A program made the position numbers and the translations under genes. From NCBI RefSeq assembly GCF_006345805.1, contig NC_043006.1:54064001-54128000 (forward strand): DNA of 64,000 nucleotides, in the 5' to 3' direction. This document shows positions 61,371 to 64,000 of the stretch, in pieces (the stretch's first letter is position 1; each line of letters opens with the position of its first letter). This stretch comes from Octopus sinensis (taxonomy: Eukaryota). Below the pieces are notes generated by a model. The model was not told the DNA's origin and searched no databases. It worked only from the letters and a program-made list of their open reading frames with translations.

Positions 61371-62065
61371 ATGTATGTATGTATGTATGTATGTATGTAT
61401 GTATGTATGTATGTATGTGTGTGTGTGTATGTATGTATGTGTGTGTGAGTGTATGTATGTATGTATGTATTTATGTAGGTATGAATGTGTGTATATGTGT
61501 GTGTATGCATGTATGTATGCATTTATGTAGGTGTGAATGTGTGTGTGTGTATGTATGTATGTGTGTATGTATGTGTGTATGTATGTATGTATGTATTTAT
61601 GTAGGTGTGAATGTGTGTGTGTGTATGTACGTATGTATGTGTGTATGTATGTATTTATGTAGGTGTGAATGTGTGTGTATGCATGTAAGTATGTATGTAT
61701 GTATGTATGTATGTATGTATGTATGTATGTGTGTGTGTTTATATGTACTTCATTGTGTATGTGTGTATGTGTGTGTGTTTATATGTACTTCATTGTGTAT
61801 GTGTGTATGTGTGTGTGTTTATGTGTACGTGATTGTGTATATGTGTGTGTTTATGTGTACTTCACTGTGTATGTGTGTATGTGTGTGTGTTTATGTGTAC
61901 GTGATTGTGTATGTGTGTATGTGTGTGTGTTTATGTGTACGTGATTGTGTATGTGTGTATGTGTGTGTATTTATGTGTACGTGATTGTGTATGTGTGTGT
62001 ATTTATGGGTACGTGATTGTGTATGTGTGTATGTGTGTGTATTTATGGGTACGTGGTTGTGTTTT
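61371..62065. repeat. Compound (GTAT)/(GT) array with higher-order 32-40 bp units
   Basis: About nine units of atgtgtgtgtgtttatgtgtacgtgattgtgt(atgtgtgt) at about 61728-62062. Confidence 0.9.
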
Positions 62066-62790
62066 TGTGTGTTAATATTCAGTAGAAAAAGCAAAAAAAG
62101 ATAAAACGGTAAGGCAGAAAATACAAAATTAGATCAACAACAAACAAACATCCTGAAATTAATATGGCGGTGGTGAGAGGTAAATGAATTAAGTGACAAC
62201 AATAAGTAAACATAATTTGAGCCGGATAATTGTTGTTGTTGCTATTGTTGTTATTGTTACTGCTGCTGCTGCTGCTGCTGTTGATGCTGCTGATACTGCT
62301 GTAGTGTGTCGACAGTATTTTCAGTTTGTTTGATGTCTTCATTTCCAAGATAACAAAGACAATTGTTAAAAAATAAACTACGATATCTTCACAGACAATG
62401 GCGGAATAAACATCTCCAACTTGACAAGCACCTCGACTGATCTACGAGAGTGGCAAGATTGAGAAATATTTTTCGTCATCATCATTGCCGCCGTCGTCGT
62501 CGTTGTCATCATCGTCATCGTCATGATGATGATGATGATGCAATCTTCCTGATCTAAGAAGACATTACTCTAGGATCAATCGAGGAAACCCACAAATATA
62601 GAATCATTCTGAACGCTAATATCAAGTGCCCACTCCAGCTGTCTTTATGTGCGCATGTATATGTCTATGTAAGTTTGCTCTTTAAGCAAGTGTGTATATT
62701 TGTATCTATGCATGTTTGCACGTGAATAATTACGGCATCAACAGCATCACATGGCTTGTTACGGTTTAGGAATCATGAAAAATAAAGAAG

Positions 62791-62960
62791 AGATCTTTTC
62801 GGTTTGAACAGCAGTTTTTTAAAATAATTTCCACGTAACTCAACACTTGTAAACTTAGTATACTGGTAGAATGTGTTTATAAAACATCTTTTTTTCTTGG
62901 TTTTATTGAGAAAATTCTATAATTTGTAAGATATTTGTTGTTTTATTATGTTTGTTTCTG
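62791..62960. mobile_element. Terminal fragment of the GG-terminal foldback MITE family
   Basis: agatcttttcggtttgaacagcagttttttaaaataatttccacgtaact... Confidence 0.8.
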
Positions 62961-63164
62961 CACACACAATGTAACACAACTCCGGAATGATTCTATGGTC
63001 TTGCGTATTCATAAATATTTGCAAATCCATGCTCGTTGCTCCAGCCCACATACCATTTTATCTTTTATGCACCAACGTTTACAATCTGCTTATATTGATG
63101 AAGATGATGTTGATAATGATGATGATGGCAATAAAAGTATGATGGGTGAAAATGATAGTATTGG

Positions 63165-63835
63165 TTTCAAAATTTGATACAAGGCCGGCAATTTTGGAGG
63201 AGAGGGTAAGTCAATTTCAAATGGAACTTATTTAGTCGACCCGAGAAGATGAAAGGCAAGTCGACCTCGTCGGAATTTGAACTCCGGACACGAAAACTGA
63301 CGAAATGCCGCTAAGCACATTTTACCTGGCGTACTAACGGTTCTGCCAGCTCGCCGTCATATGTGATAATACTATTAACATTAATAATTCTATCTGCTAT
63401 AACCACAAGGCCTGAAATTTGGGGAGGGGTAAGTCAGTTACATCAGCCCAGTACTCAACTGGTACTTATCTTATTGACCCCGAAAGGATGAAAGGCAAAG
63501 TCGACCTCGGCAGAATTTGACATAGCGGCAGACGAAATACCGCTAAGCATTTCGCCTGGCGTGCTAACGGTTCTGCCAGCTCGCCGTCATATGTGATAAC
63601 AATAGTATTGATCACGTCTTACATACTTACAAGGCCAGAAATTTCGTGGGAAAGGAACATGTCGATTGTAATTCTCCACAATAGTTGACTAGTTAGTACT
63701 TTATTTTATCGACCCACCAAGACAAGATTAAAGACAAAGCTGCCCTTGGTAGAATTTGAATTCAGAACGTGAATAGTCGAAGATGTATGTGATGATAAGG
63801 CATTTCATATGATGCTGTAACGATCCAGCCAATCA
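63165..63835 (-). mobile_element. Three head-to-tail SINE-B alternative-tail copies of differing age
   Basis: Each has tail ggcc..aaattt.gggga and core tcgacccc.aaaggatgaaaggcaaagtcgacctc; the first two share the flank gccagctcgccgtcatatgtgataa. Confidence 0.8.
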
Positions 63836-64000
63836 CCCATCCTATCTACGTCGACGACGACGACAGTAATGGTGATGATGATGGTTATGATGATGATGAT
63901 GATGATGATGAACAGTCGATATGGTAGTTCTCGTAAGATCAAAAGAAGAGTTTGAGATGATAATAGAAAGATAAAAGGCGTGTGGCGGACGTGAGGGTGT

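Overview
Eukaryotic, AT-rich, extremely repeat-dense DNA; I could not identify any intact host gene. The SINE sequences, the microsatellite load and the (TTAGGG)n motifs fit an octopus (coleoid cephalopod) intron or intergenic region; this is inference, not a database match. Contents: about 40 copies or fragments of three tRNA-derived SINE families (my labels SINE-A, -B, -C); decayed non-LTR retrotransposons (RTE, CR1-like, L1/Tx1-like, R4/Dong-like); one decayed Ty3/Gypsy gag-protease remnant; one decayed pogo transposon; hAT, pogo/Tigger and GG-terminal foldback MITEs with verifiable target-site duplications (TSDs); Helitron-like fragments; very many microsatellites; one 100-N gap. Nearly all ORFs in the supplied track are microsatellite artefacts. 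The two most interesting signals are (1) several families of minimal hammerhead-ribozyme-like motifs with non-canonical cores (G3-C8, U3-A8, U4C, A6U), two of them in foldback elements, mostly ending next to TA-rich microsatellites, and (2) RTE and R4/Dong-like retroelements embedded on both sides in the same (GTAT)n/(ATAC)n microsatellite. Coordinates of diverged repeats are approximate (about +/-10-20 bp); TSD and TIR coordinates were counted by hand.
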